A stretch of 64,000 nt of DNA from an uncultured Dehalococcoidia bacterium (lineage in GTDB: Bacteria; Chloroflexota; Dehalococcoidia; Lucifugimonadales; UBA1127), in assembly GCA_964612825.1 (NCBI GenBank), contig CAZTCW010000001.1, forward strand, positions 15,450-79,449, in the 5' to 3' direction. Positions 9,041 to 18,296 of this stretch are shown in pieces. Below the pieces are notes generated by a model that had not been told where the DNA came from, did not search any database, and was given only the letters and a program-made list of their open reading frames with translations. Numbering within the stretch: position 1 is the first letter of the stretch; every line of letters begins with the position of its first letter. Made by a program: the position numbers and the translations under genes.

Positions 9041-10348
9041 TTAGCTGATTCCCCACCATTGGCGTAGTCGTTCGGCCACCTTTTTCTCGTAACCTTGGTT
9101 GCTTGGGTAATAATATCGTTGGTTCTGAAGAGGGATTGGTAAATTGTTGGATTTGATAAAATGGGATGCTTCGTTGTGTGGGTACCTGTAATCCTTCCCG
9201 TACCCTAAATCTTTGGATAATTGCGAATGAGCGTTTCTTAAGTGTAGTGGTACTTGATAAATTCCTCCTTTTGCGTCTTTCGAAGCCTTATTTAATGCAC
9301 TGTAGGCGGAATTAGATTTTGGAGCGGTTGCTAAATACACAGCGGCCTCTGCTAATGGGATAGCACCTTCAGGGAGTCCTACAAAATGGACTGCTTGTTG
9401 TGCGGAAACAGCTATGTTTAATGCTATAGGGTCAGCGATCCCAATGTCTTCGGCGGCTAAGATAATCATCCTCCTGCAAATAAACATTGGGTCTTCTCCC
9501 GCCTCCAACATTCTAGCGAGCCAAAATATAGCCGCATCTGGGTCGGACCCCCGAATAGACTTAATAAAAGCTGAAATAGTGTCGTAATGAAGGTCACCAT
9601 GTTTGTCGTGCCGGACAAAAGAACCTTGCATCGCTCCTTCTATTGTTTTTAAGGTGATTTTTCGGTTTCCTTTATGGTCTGGTTTGGTGGCCGATGCTGA
9701 GATTTCTAATATATTTAATGCGGTCCTTCCGTCTCCATTTGATATAGCAACGATATGTTGAAGCGCATCTGTTTTGACGGAAACATTTTGATCTCCTAAG
9801 CCATTGATTGAATTGGAAATTGCTTGAATAATTATCTGCTGAATTTGGGTGTCTTCCAGCGGGTTGAGTACGTAAGTTACGCTTCGTGAAAGCAATGGCG
9901 AAATGACTTCAAATGATGGGTTCTCAGTGGTCGCCCCAATAAAAATAACTGTACCATCTTCAACGTATGGCAATATAGCGTCTTGTTGAGCTTTGTTGAA
10001 CCGATGGATTTCGTCTACGAATAAAATCGTCCGTTGGTGCATTGAACTGAGGCGTTTACGGGCGGCGCTAACAATCTTTCGAAGATCGGCCACTCCCGAA
10101 ACAACAGCAGATATAGATTCGAAATGATGATTAGTCAATTTCGACAGTAACCATGCTAAGCTTGTTTTGCCCGATCCAGGTGGTCCCCAAAGAATTAAGG
10201 ACGGGAGTTGTCCAGCATGGATTGATTTGATAAGGGTTGATTCGTGGCCGACAATATGCTCTTGCCCCACAAAATCCTCTATGGTTTGGGGACGCATCCG
10301 GGCCGCTAAAGGGACGAATGCGTTGTCTGCGAGGAGATGACTAAACAC
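9041..10348 (-). CDS. rarA: Replication-associated recombination protein A (MgsA/RarA AAA+ ATPase)
   Basis: PLAARMRP, GPPGSGKT, DEIHRFNKAQQD, ATTENPSF, SAFIKSIRGSDPD. Confidence 0.96.
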   Translation of the reverse strand: MFSHLLADNAFVPLAARMRPQTIEDFVGQEHIVGHESTLIKSIHAGQLPSLILWGPPGSGKTSLAWLLSKLTNHHFESISAVVSGVADLRKIVSAARKRLSSMHQRTILFVDEIHRFNKAQQDAILPYVEDGTVIFIGATTENPSFEVISPLLSRSVTYVLNPLEDTQIQQIIIQAISNSINGLGDQNVSVKTDALQHIVAISNGDGRTALNILEISASATKPDHKGNRKITLKTIEGAMQGSFVRHDKHGDLHYDTISAFIKSIRGSDPDAAIFWLARMLEAGEDPMFICRRMIILAAEDIGIADPIALNIAVSAQQAVHFVGLPEGAIPLAEAAVYLATAPKSNSAYSALNKASKDAKGGIYQVPLHLRNAHSQLSKDLGYGKDYRYPHNEASHFIKSNNLPIPLQNQRYYYPSNQGYEKKVAERLRQWWGIS

Positions 10349-10389
10349 AATTAGACGTTTCTCCCATCCAAGAGGTAAAAGGTTATCTC

Positions 10390-11157
10390 CTAACTATATT
10401 TTAGGAGGGCTTGGGCAACTTCACGAGGGTTGGTAATAGGGGCCTCGTGTCCAGAATCGAGTTTTTCGACATCTACATTTGACAGTCTATCCACCATTTG
10501 TCTCTGGATGTGGACAGGTAAAAACTTGTCTTTTAATAATAGTTGGTAAGTGATGGGGCACTTGGGTTCAAGTGCCAAAGGGTTAGGAAGAGCGTCCCAA
10601 GGTTGTAAGGGTATGGGTTTCAGTCGGCGCAATATTTGACTTGATGCTTCGGGGTATCTCATCCCGTGGCATAGTAGCTTCAATCCAAATTCTCGATGAA
10701 GTTTTACGCTCTTGGGCGGGGTTCCGGGCTGGAGTCGTAAGGCATTAAGTAAAATCCTTGTGGAAATTGGCAACATTTCTAAAACATTGTGAAAAAGGTC
10801 TGGTATTACCGCTCCTACAAACACCAATCCTAACGGGGGAGATTTTAATCGCCGAATGAGTTCTAATGCAATTAGTCCTGATAATGAGTGAACTCCAATA
10901 ACAAGATTTTGGACTCCTTCTCTATCTATAAGATCGTTAAGCTCTGTGATACATCGCTCGAAAGTACTTTCGAGTGGGTTATCAATGGGAAATCTTGCAC
11001 CATGGCCATGGAGGTCGGGTGAGAGAATTCTGCCAGGGGAGTACATCGTATTCCGGAGCTTTGAATTCGGGCGAATAGCGTCCTCCAGAATCCCGTGAAC
11101 CTCATCCCAGACCCAAGAGCCGTGCCCAGCACCGTGAATTAATAGGAAGTCTGTCAT
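10390..11157 (-). CDS. Alpha/beta hydrolase
   Basis: LLIHGAGHGSW, PDLHGHG, HSLSG nucleophile elbow, DSGH. Confidence 0.85.
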   Translation of the reverse strand: MTDFLLIHGAGHGSWVWDEVHGILEDAIRPNSKLRNTMYSPGRILSPDLHGHGARFPIDNPLESTFERCITELNDLIDREGVQNLVIGVHSLSGLIALELIRRLKSPPLGLVFVGAVIPDLFHNVLEMLPISTRILLNALRLQPGTPPKSVKLHREFGLKLLCHGMRYPEASSQILRRLKPIPLQPWDALPNPLALEPKCPITYQLLLKDKFLPVHIQRQMVDRLSNVDVEKLDSGHEAPITNPREVAQALLKYS

Positions 11158-12524
11158 TACTTAATCACCTGCTTTACTGCATTTATCAACACGTCCTCTT
11201 CTTTAGGGAGAACTGTCCTCGGATCTAAAAGGAGACTATCATCTTGGACTCTTGCAATCACCGGCGGTTGATTTTCTCTTAATTGTGTGGCCAATCTCAA
11301 CGCTGTTGACCCTCCAATTTCGCAGGGAATGCTAAGGAGCCAGGTTGGTAACGATTCTCCTGGAAGGCTACCTCCTCCAACCGTAGATTTCCCGGAAATT
11401 ACTACTGATTTAGGTCCGATAGCTTGTGCCCAGATTTGGGCGCGTTCAAAGAGAGACGACTCAGATCTACTAATCATTTGCCAGATAGGAATTTTTGTGA
11501 GAGCTTCTTCCTTGACATAATGTAGAAGAGTAGCGGAAAGAGCGGCCAGGTTAAGTTTATCTATCCTTAATGCTCTGGCAAGAGGATGATTCGCGACTTT
11601 TTTAACCCAAAATTTGCTCCCGACGATTATACCTGACTGTGGGCCTCCAAGCAGTTTGTCTCCAGAAAACATTACTAGGTCTGCTCCTGCTCTGATCTTT
11701 TCACTGGGTGTTGGTTCATGCTCCATTCCGAAGAGAGTCGTATCTAAAAAGCAACCACTTCCAAGATCATCCAGTACCAATAATTCGTTGTCACTTGCGA
11801 TTGATGCTAATTCTTCCGTAGAGGTTTCATGAGTGAATCCGAGAACTTTAAAGTTTGACCTATGAATTTTTAGAAGGGCAGCAGTATTTGGGTTAATTGC
11901 TCCGATATAATCTGAGGGGTAAGTACGGTTCGTGGTTCCAACTTCAACCAGTGTCGCCCCTGATTGGTTCATAACGTCGGGAACTCGAAACCCACCGCCA
12001 ATTTCCACCGATTCTCCCCGTGAGACGATAACTTCTCGGTTTTTAGTAAGCGCAGTTAATGCCAGTAGCACTGCTGAGGCGTTGTTATTGACTACGATGG
12101 CTGCCTCAGCCCCAGTCAATTGGCAAAGGAGATGTTCAACATGTTCAAATCTCGAGGATCGTTCTCCAGATTCTAAGGAAAATTCGAGGTTTGTATATCC
12201 TTGAGACGTTGAATTTAGCGCTTGTTCCGATTCGAGGCTAAGGGGAGCTCTTCCCAGGTTGGTATGGATGATTACGCCGGTTGCATTAATTAATGGGGAC
12301 GGACTGGCTCTCCAAAGACGCTCTGCTTTTTTTACGACCATTGAGGCGATAGTAACAGCCGTTGGGGGAGTGTTCCCAGTGGAAATCTCCATTCGAGCCA
12401 ATCCCAGTTGTTCTCTAATGAGGCCGACTATAGCCTCTCTGGGAAACTGAAGGGTCAGTCCCTGTAATTTTGGATGCCCAAGCATTTTATCGACGCTAGG
12501 CAATGCTCTATATCTCGTGGTCAC
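11157..12524 (-). CDS. selA: L-seryl-tRNA(Sec) selenium transferase
   Basis: INATGVIIHTNLGRAPL, VNNNA, SRGE.VEIGGGFR, EVGTTNRT, FSGDKLLGGPQ. Confidence 0.96.
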   Translation of the reverse strand: MTTRYRALPSVDKMLGHPKLQGLTLQFPREAIVGLIREQLGLARMEISTGNTPPTAVTIASMVVKKAERLWRASPSPLINATGVIIHTNLGRAPLSLESEQALNSTSQGYTNLEFSLESGERSSRFEHVEHLLCQLTGAEAAIVVNNNASAVLLALTALTKNREVIVSRGESVEIGGGFRVPDVMNQSGATLVEVGTTNRTYPSDYIGAINPNTAALLKIHRSNFKVLGFTHETSTEELASIASDNELLVLDDLGSGCFLDTTLFGMEHEPTPSEKIRAGADLVMFSGDKLLGGPQSGIIVGSKFWVKKVANHPLARALRIDKLNLAALSATLLHYVKEEALTKIPIWQMISRSESSLFERAQIWAQAIGPKSVVISGKSTVGGGSLPGESLPTWLLSIPCEIGGSTALRLATQLRENQPPVIARVQDDSLLLDPRTVLPKEEDVLINAVKQVIK

Positions 12525-12619
12525 AATTTTCCCTTTTTGTACGTTGGTCAGTTGCTAGTAATGGGCATTTTATCATAAACAGGATTATCTCTCGAAATTA
12601 CCGTTATGCCTTTACATCT

Positions 12620-12877
12620 TCAATTCTCTTCAAGGTCTTTCTTCACCTTAGAATTTTGTACAACAGATTGTAAGTGTTGAATCTCTGCAAGAAGGTCACG
12701 TTGTTTTCTATGAAGAAAAAAGGTGTAGGCGAAGAATCCAATCCATGTGAATGTATAGGCTCCAAATAGGAATGGGAGGAACGATTCTTCTGTATTAGGA
12801 ACGGTGGCCCCAATTCCAGTAATCAAAATAAAATTGGCGCCTAATAATGGTAATAGACTAAAGGAGCGCTTATTCAT
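12620..12877 (-). CDS. Small membrane protein, CcmD-like (heme exporter D)
   Basis: FLFGAYTFTWIGFFAY TM followed by a basic/coiled tail; overlaps the ccmC stop. The start is uncertain. Confidence 0.65.
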   Translation of the reverse strand: MNKRSFSLLPLLGANFILITGIGATVPNTEESFLPFLFGAYTFTWIGFFAYTFFLHRKQRDLLAEIQHLQSVVQNSKVKKDLEEN

Positions 12878-13544
12878 AATCCCTTCCTAACTCCAAGATT
12901 AACTCTTGGTGATGATGTTGTGTGTACCTTATGCGCAGTAAATAACCAAAAAGGAGAGTGAATGCCACTACTCCAAGAAGTAAAGTTACACGCATGGAAC
13001 TCTCCAAGGACCCATCTTCAGCCAGTGGTCCAATAACTGCCTCAGGATGTATATCCCGCCACCATTTTCCCGCCATATAAACAATTGGGACATCAAAAAA
13101 ACCTATTATTCCTAGAACCGCTGCGTATTTTGAACCTTGGATTCCGGATGGACCATATGCCCTTATCATCATGTAAGCGACATATATAAGCCAAAGGATT
13201 AGAGTGGTTGTTTGTTGAGGTGCCCATGTCCACCATACGCCCCAAACCGCCTTTGACCAAATTACTCCGGTCAATAATGCTAAGCTTATAAATAAAATGC
13301 CGGTTTCAGCGGCCGAATAGGCCAAAATATTCGCTGTTTTAGACCGTTTAGCCAGATATGCGCAGGAGCATACAAAAACGATCGAGAATGCGAGGAATCC
13401 TACCCAGGCTAAAGGGACATGATAGTAGAAGATTCTTTGCGAAATTCCTAGGACAGCATCGGTTGGGACCCATAGGAAAACAAGCCCCATAAGGGAAAGA
13501 AAAAACCCAATATTTAATATCATTAAGATGTTATTAGCAGTCAT
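12870..13544 (-). CDS. ccmC: Heme exporter / cytochrome c biogenesis protein CcmC
   Basis: RIFYYHVP, Trp-rich WGVWWTW, WWRDIHP; follows ccmB. Confidence 0.9.
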   Translation of the reverse strand: MTANNILMILNIGFFLSLMGLVFLWVPTDAVLGISQRIFYYHVPLAWVGFLAFSIVFVCSCAYLAKRSKTANILAYSAAETGILFISLALLTGVIWSKAVWGVWWTWAPQQTTTLILWLIYVAYMMIRAYGPSGIQGSKYAAVLGIIGFFDVPIVYMAGKWWRDIHPEAVIGPLAEDGSLESSMRVTLLLGVVAFTLLFGYLLRIRYTQHHHQELILELGRDYE

Positions 13545-13560
13545 TACACCATCCGTTTAA

Positions 13561-14235
13561 CTATTCATTAATTATAAATTTAAATGTCATTGCACATAAG
13601 ACCAGAAACATTAGATCAAATGCTAACAAAAGCAATAGCCATTGGGCAAATCCGAAGGTAATGTTGTCGGACAAGATTGCTCCTGTGGCTTCGGAGGCAG
13701 CAATGATTACGGGTACAACTATCGGGAAGAAGAGAATAGGAAGGGTTAATTCCTTAGCTTTTGTATTAATGGCCATTGCTGAAAACGTTGTCCCTACCGT
13801 ACAAAAGCCGAATGTTCCTAGTAAGCAGACCAACCATAACCGAGGTTCGAATAGTGGTAAATTGAAGAGGAGGCAAAATGTCGGTAATAGGAAGATTTCC
13901 ACAAAGGTCATAAAAAAGAAAACGCTTAGGAGTTTACCTATGTAGATGGTATCCTTTGAGATAGGAGTTAGGATAAGACCTTCCATTGTCCCTTGCTCTC
14001 TCTCCATTTCAAAAATTCGGCCCAGACCTAGAATCCCAGCAAAGGAAAAAGAAACCCAAAGCATACCTGGGGCTAAAATTTGAATTAAACTAGGGTTAGG
14101 TCGAATTGCAAAATTGAAGATGACTATAATCAGGAGTCCAAGAATTAATATGGGGATTACTATTTCCTTCGATCTGAACTCGACTAGGAAATCTTTCCAC
14201 AGAATTGCGAGAATTACCCCAAAAAACCTGGTCAT
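13561..14235 (-). CDS. ccmB: Heme exporter protein CcmB
   Basis: WKDFLVEFRSKE, EREQGTMEGL, LPILFFP. Confidence 0.92.
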   Translation of the reverse strand: MTRFFGVILAILWKDFLVEFRSKEIVIPILILGLLIIVIFNFAIRPNPSLIQILAPGMLWVSFSFAGILGLGRIFEMEREQGTMEGLILTPISKDTIYIGKLLSVFFFMTFVEIFLLPTFCLLFNLPLFEPRLWLVCLLGTFGFCTVGTTFSAMAINTKAKELTLPILFFPIVVPVIIAASEATGAILSDNITFGFAQWLLLLLAFDLMFLVLCAMTFKFIINE

Positions 14236-14238
14236 ATT

Positions 14239-14946
14239 TTAGGGCCCAATTTCTTGGGAATAGACTTGGAGGAGTTTCTCTTTTGTTAAGCCAGTGCCAG
14301 ATTCATGATATGCCAGTTTCCCTGAAGATAATATCGCAACCGAATCACTTATTTCGAGTATGTTTTCAAGGCTATGGCTAGACATAACTACCGTTCCCCC
14401 TTCTGTGCAGTGTGATAGCACAACCTGTTTCAGTACCACAGAAGCTTCTAGGTCTAATCCCGTTTCAGGTTCGTCCAAAAACAAGATCCAAGGTTTTGGT
14501 AAAAGTGCTTTCGCAAGCGCTGTCCTCTTTCTAATCCCATGGGAAAGAATCCCAACCCTCTTATTTGAGTGTTCTAAGAGCCCTAATCTACCCAAAAGAT
14601 TTCTTCTGTTAGATTCAGAGTTGGGTAGCCCAAACAATTTTTCTTGGAAGATGAGGTTTTCTTCTACTGAAAGTGAATTGTAAAGAGAGGGTTCATGGGA
14701 TACGAATCCGGCAATTCGATGAATTCTCTCTTCGTCTTTCGAAGTATCCATTCCAGCTATGAAAATTTTCCCATTTGTGGGAGAGATTAACGATGCTAGG
14801 AGTTTAATTAATGTGGTCTTTCCTGACCCATTGGGTCCTAGGATGGATAAGGCATGCCCCCATTCGATGTTTAGATCAATATCTCTAATAATAAAACGGT
14901 TTCCCAAAATTTTTGACAATGATTCCGCTTTTATTGCATCGCCCAT
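14239..14946 (-). CDS. ccmA: Heme ABC exporter ATP-binding protein CcmA
   Basis: GPNGSGKTT, LSHG signature, LDEP, SSH; upstream of ccmB. Confidence 0.88.
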   Translation of the reverse strand: MGDAIKAESLSKILGNRFIIRDIDLNIEWGHALSILGPNGSGKTTLIKLLASLISPTNGKIFIAGMDTSKDEERIHRIAGFVSHEPSLYNSLSVEENLIFQEKLFGLPNSESNRRNLLGRLGLLEHSNKRVGILSHGIRKRTALAKALLPKPWILFLDEPETGLDLEASVVLKQVVLSHCTEGGTVVMSSHSLENILEISDSVAILSSGKLAYHESGTGLTKEKLLQVYSQEIGP

Positions 14947-15208
14947 TTTTTGTCTCGATCGAAAGTCCCAGATTTACTGAGTTTAATCGCCAGTAACTTG
15001 AATGATATTCCTGAAAAAATTTTGGTACAAGTTGAAACTATAAATTCTGGATGTGAATGCTCCGTAATTTGATACATTTTATACGACTGATTACATACCG
15101 TTCCACATTCGGGGTTAACCTAACCATAAAACATCTGAGTTATTTGTAATGTTATCGAGTAAATGGTGTTGGTTTTTAGTTAGAATGTAATAAATTAGGA
15201 ACCTGAAC

Positions 15209-15236
15209 TTGACGTTTACCAATTCTTTAGTAAAAT
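15209..15236 (+). promoter_or_regulatory. Sigma70-type promoter for the 5S rRNA
   Basis: TTGACG-N16-TAAAAT ending 11 nt upstream of the 5S 5' end. Confidence 0.6.
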
Positions 15237-15247
15237 CTTTGTGAGGT

Positions 15248-15365
15248 CCTTGGGTGACTAGAGCGGGATAGATCCACCCGTTCCCATTCCGAACACGGAA
15301 GTGAAATGTCCCAGCGCTCACGATACTGCCCCAGCAGGGGTGGGAAAATAGGCCGTCGCCCAGGG
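15248..15365 (+). rRNA. rrf: 5S ribosomal RNA (stand-alone)
   Basis: CCACCCGTTCCCATTCCGAACACGGAAGTGAA core, GATACT...GGGAAAATAGG; helix I CCTTGGGTGAC/GTCGCCCAGGG. Confidence 0.96.
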
Positions 15366-15582
15366 GCATCATGCCCAAATAATCTTATAATTTTTGGCCA
15401 GTGTGGCTTTAGAATTCCAAGGGGTTTTTTAACCCGAGTTTCTTGCTTGATCAAGCTAGGTTAGTTCACAGTTCTTTAGCAAGAAAAAAGGTTCCAAAGT
15501 TAACGAGCCCAAGTTCCCCAATTGGTCTTTACATGGAGCCGTGATCATCCATATAATAATCCCGTAGTGCATTAACAATTAT

Positions 15583-15738
15583 TGGATCACCCCAAGGGCA
15601 GCTTGCTCACGGAGTTTCCATCCGTGGCGGATCCGCTGCTGAGGAATTGTGGCCCGAACCAAGGACGGTGTGGCATCAGGCCTGAACTTTGGATTGGCGC
15701 GACCAAGACGAAAGTAGATCGTACGATAGGAGAGGACC
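15583..15738 (+). other. GC-rich structured 5' leader of clpC (candidate cis-regulatory RNA/uORF)
   Basis: Nested stems GCAGC/GCTGC, CACGGA/TCCGTG and CCAAGG/CTTTGG downstream of a TATAAT. Confidence 0.35.
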
Positions 15739-18198
15739 ATGGCTAGCAGATTTGAAAAATTCTCTGAAAGAGCCCGTAAAGTTCTTTCTTTAGCACAAGA
15801 AGAAGCCCTTCGTTTTAATCATAACTACATAGGCACTGAACATATTTTATTGGGTTTAGTCCGAGAAAATGAAGGTATTGCCTCAAGGGTTTTAAGTAAT
15901 ACCAACGTAGACCTGCAAAAAGCTCGTTCCGCCGTGGAATTTATTATTGGCCACGGAGAAAAACCAGTTTCGAGTGAAAATATCGGCCTAACCCCTAGGG
16001 CCAAAAAAGTGATTGAACTCGCGGTAGATGAAGCGCGAAGGATGAGCCACCACTATATCGGAACAGAGCATCTCCTAATCGGTCTTTTAAGAGAAGGTGA
16101 AGGCGTAGCAGCCGGAGTTTTGGAAAGTTTGGGAGTAACTTTGGATAAAGTACGTACGGAAACTCAAAGATTACTTAGCCAAAGCCCTTCTTCTCCTGGG
16201 CAAACCGCAGGGAGATCAAAAACCACTACCTTGGATCAGTTGGGCGTCGACCTAACTGCTTTAGCTAGGGCAAGTAAGTTGGATCCCGTATGGGGACGAC
16301 AGAAAGAGTTACAACGGGTCATTCAAACATTATCTAGGAGAACAAAAAACAATCCTGTTCTTATTGGTGAGGCAGGGGTAGGTAAAACAGCGATTGTAGA
16401 GGCCTTAGCTCAAAGAGTAATTGTCGGGGATGTTCCGGACACGCTCCAAGGTAAACGGTTGGTTACCTTGGATATGGGATCCTTGGTTGCGGGCACCAAA
16501 TACCGAGGAGAGTTTGAAGAGAGGCTCAAGAAAGTTCTTGAAGAACTAAAAAATTCTGGGAATTGTGTATTGTTTATCGATGAGATGCATACCTTAGTTG
16601 GAGCTGGAGCAGCCGAAGGCGCTGTGGATGCGGCCAACATTTTGAAACCAGCTTTAGCCAGAGGGGAAATTCAAGTGGTAGGCGCCACGACGATGGATGA
16701 TTATCGAAAATACGTCGAAAGGGATCCTGCTTTAGAACGCCGATTCCAACCGATTCAGGTAGAAGAGCCGACCGTTGAGGATACTGTTGAAATTCTTCGT
16801 CATGTTAAGGGTCGGTACGAAGAACATCATCGGCTCACTATTGCGGATGAGGCGGTTCAGAGTGCAGCCAAATTAGCAGCAAGATTTATTCCGGACAGAT
16901 TCCTTCCAGATAAAGCAATTGATTTGATTGATGAGGCCGGCTCTCGCGTTCGTATCCGGAATGGTTCGACTCCTATTTCGGTGCAAGAAGCTACGAAAAT
17001 GTTAGAAAATGTTAGGCAGGAAAAAGAAGAAGCAATTAACGCTCAGCAGTATGAATTTGCTGCAGAACTCCGAGAAAGAGAAGTAGGTTTGTTATCCAAA
17101 CTAGAAGGATTGGAACGCGATTGGCAAGGGGACCAAGAACAGGATCAGTCCTTAGTTACTCCGGATGATATTGCGGAGGTTCTTGCAATGTGGACGGGTA
17201 TTCCTCTAAGCCGTTTACAAGCGGAAGAGACCGAGAGACTACTCAAAATGGAAGAACATTTACATGATCGTATTATTGGTCAAGATGAGGCAATCGTTAA
17301 TGTCGCGAAAGCAGTGCGACGGGCCCGTGCTGGAATCAAAGATCCTCGAAGGCCTGTGGGTGTATTCATTTTCTTAGGACCTACTGGCGTCGGAAAAACA
17401 GAGTTGGCACGGGTCTTGTCAGAATTCCTCTTCGGCTCTGATGAAGCGATGAGTAGATTAGATATGTCGGAATTCATGGAACGCCATTCAGTCGCTCGTT
17501 TGGTGGGAGCTCCTCCAGGATACGTTGGATACGATGAAGGGGGACAGTTAACGGAAGCTATAAGAAGAAAACCGCATGCTGTGATTCTCTTAGATGAAAT
17601 TGAGAAAGCTCACCCCGACGTCTTCAACATCCTGTTGCAAATCTTCGATGATGGTCATTTAACTGATGCGAAAGGACGAAAAGTCGATTTCAGGAATGCG
17701 GTTATCATTATGACTAGCAATCTTGGTTCTGACCTTATTAAAAAGGATACTGCCATCGGATTTTCGGTAAAACAAGACGAATCGACTTCATTCCAACAAA
17801 CTTACGATAGGATGAAAGATAAAGTAATGGGCGAGGTCAGGCGCTTTTTCCGTCCTGAATTTTTAAATCGAATAGACTCCTCAGTCGTCTTCCATGGGCT
17901 TACTAAAGAGCATATCGAATCCATCGTCGAATTAATGTTTAATGAAGTACGGACTCAAGTCCATGAGCATGGGATCGAAATTGAAGTAACTTCAGCTGCT
18001 CTAGGGCTTTTAGCTGAAAAGGGGTTTGACCCAGATTTTGGGGCTAGGCCTCTGCGCCGGGTAATACAAACACAAGTTGAGGATAAACTGTCCGAAGAAA
18101 TCCTCAATCACAACTTTCACCCTGGGGATACTGTAGTCGTGGACGTTGAAGATGGGGATGTAGTTATAAGGTCTAAAGTAGCCTCTCCATCAGCTTAA
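15739..18198 (+). CDS. clpC: ATP-dependent Clp protease ATP-binding subunit ClpC
   Basis: Two Clp_N repeats, GEAGVGKT, UVR middle domain, GPTGVGKT, GAPPGYVGY. Confidence 0.97.
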   Translation: MASRFEKFSERARKVLSLAQEEALRFNHNYIGTEHILLGLVRENEGIASRVLSNTNVDLQKARSAVEFIIGHGEKPVSSENIGLTPRAKKVIELAVDEARRMSHHYIGTEHLLIGLLREGEGVAAGVLESLGVTLDKVRTETQRLLSQSPSSPGQTAGRSKTTTLDQLGVDLTALARASKLDPVWGRQKELQRVIQTLSRRTKNNPVLIGEAGVGKTAIVEALAQRVIVGDVPDTLQGKRLVTLDMGSLVAGTKYRGEFEERLKKVLEELKNSGNCVLFIDEMHTLVGAGAAEGAVDAANILKPALARGEIQVVGATTMDDYRKYVERDPALERRFQPIQVEEPTVEDTVEILRHVKGRYEEHHRLTIADEAVQSAAKLAARFIPDRFLPDKAIDLIDEAGSRVRIRNGSTPISVQEATKMLENVRQEKEEAINAQQYEFAAELREREVGLLSKLEGLERDWQGDQEQDQSLVTPDDIAEVLAMWTGIPLSRLQAEETERLLKMEEHLHDRIIGQDEAIVNVAKAVRRARAGIKDPRRPVGVFIFLGPTGVGKTELARVLSEFLFGSDEAMSRLDMSEFMERHSVARLVGAPPGYVGYDEGGQLTEAIRRKPHAVILLDEIEKAHPDVFNILLQIFDDGHLTDAKGRKVDFRNAVIIMTSNLGSDLIKKDTAIGFSVKQDESTSFQQTYDRMKDKVMGEVRRFFRPEFLNRIDSSVVFHGLTKEHIESIVELMFNEVRTQVHEHGIEIEVTSAALGLLAEKGFDPDFGARPLRRVIQTQVEDKLSEEILNHNFHPGDTVVVDVEDGDVVIRSKVASPSA

Positions 18199-18208
18199 GA
18201 TCGCTTCT

Positions 18209-18238
18209 CGAAGGGAATCCACATAGGATCCTCCTTCG
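18209..18238 (+). terminator. Stem-loop after clpC (possible terminator or stabiliser)
   Basis: CGAAGG..ATCC-ACATA-GGAT...CCTTCG; no clear U-tract. Confidence 0.3.
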
Positions 18239-18296
18239 GAAATACTATCATTATTCCTGTTTTCAAATCCCATTTGTAGAGCGTAATAGTTGAGGG

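Noticed and set aside
15115-15454. Two minus-strand ORFs (87 and 75 aa)
   Set aside because: They are antisense to the 5S rRNA, so they are shadow ORFs.
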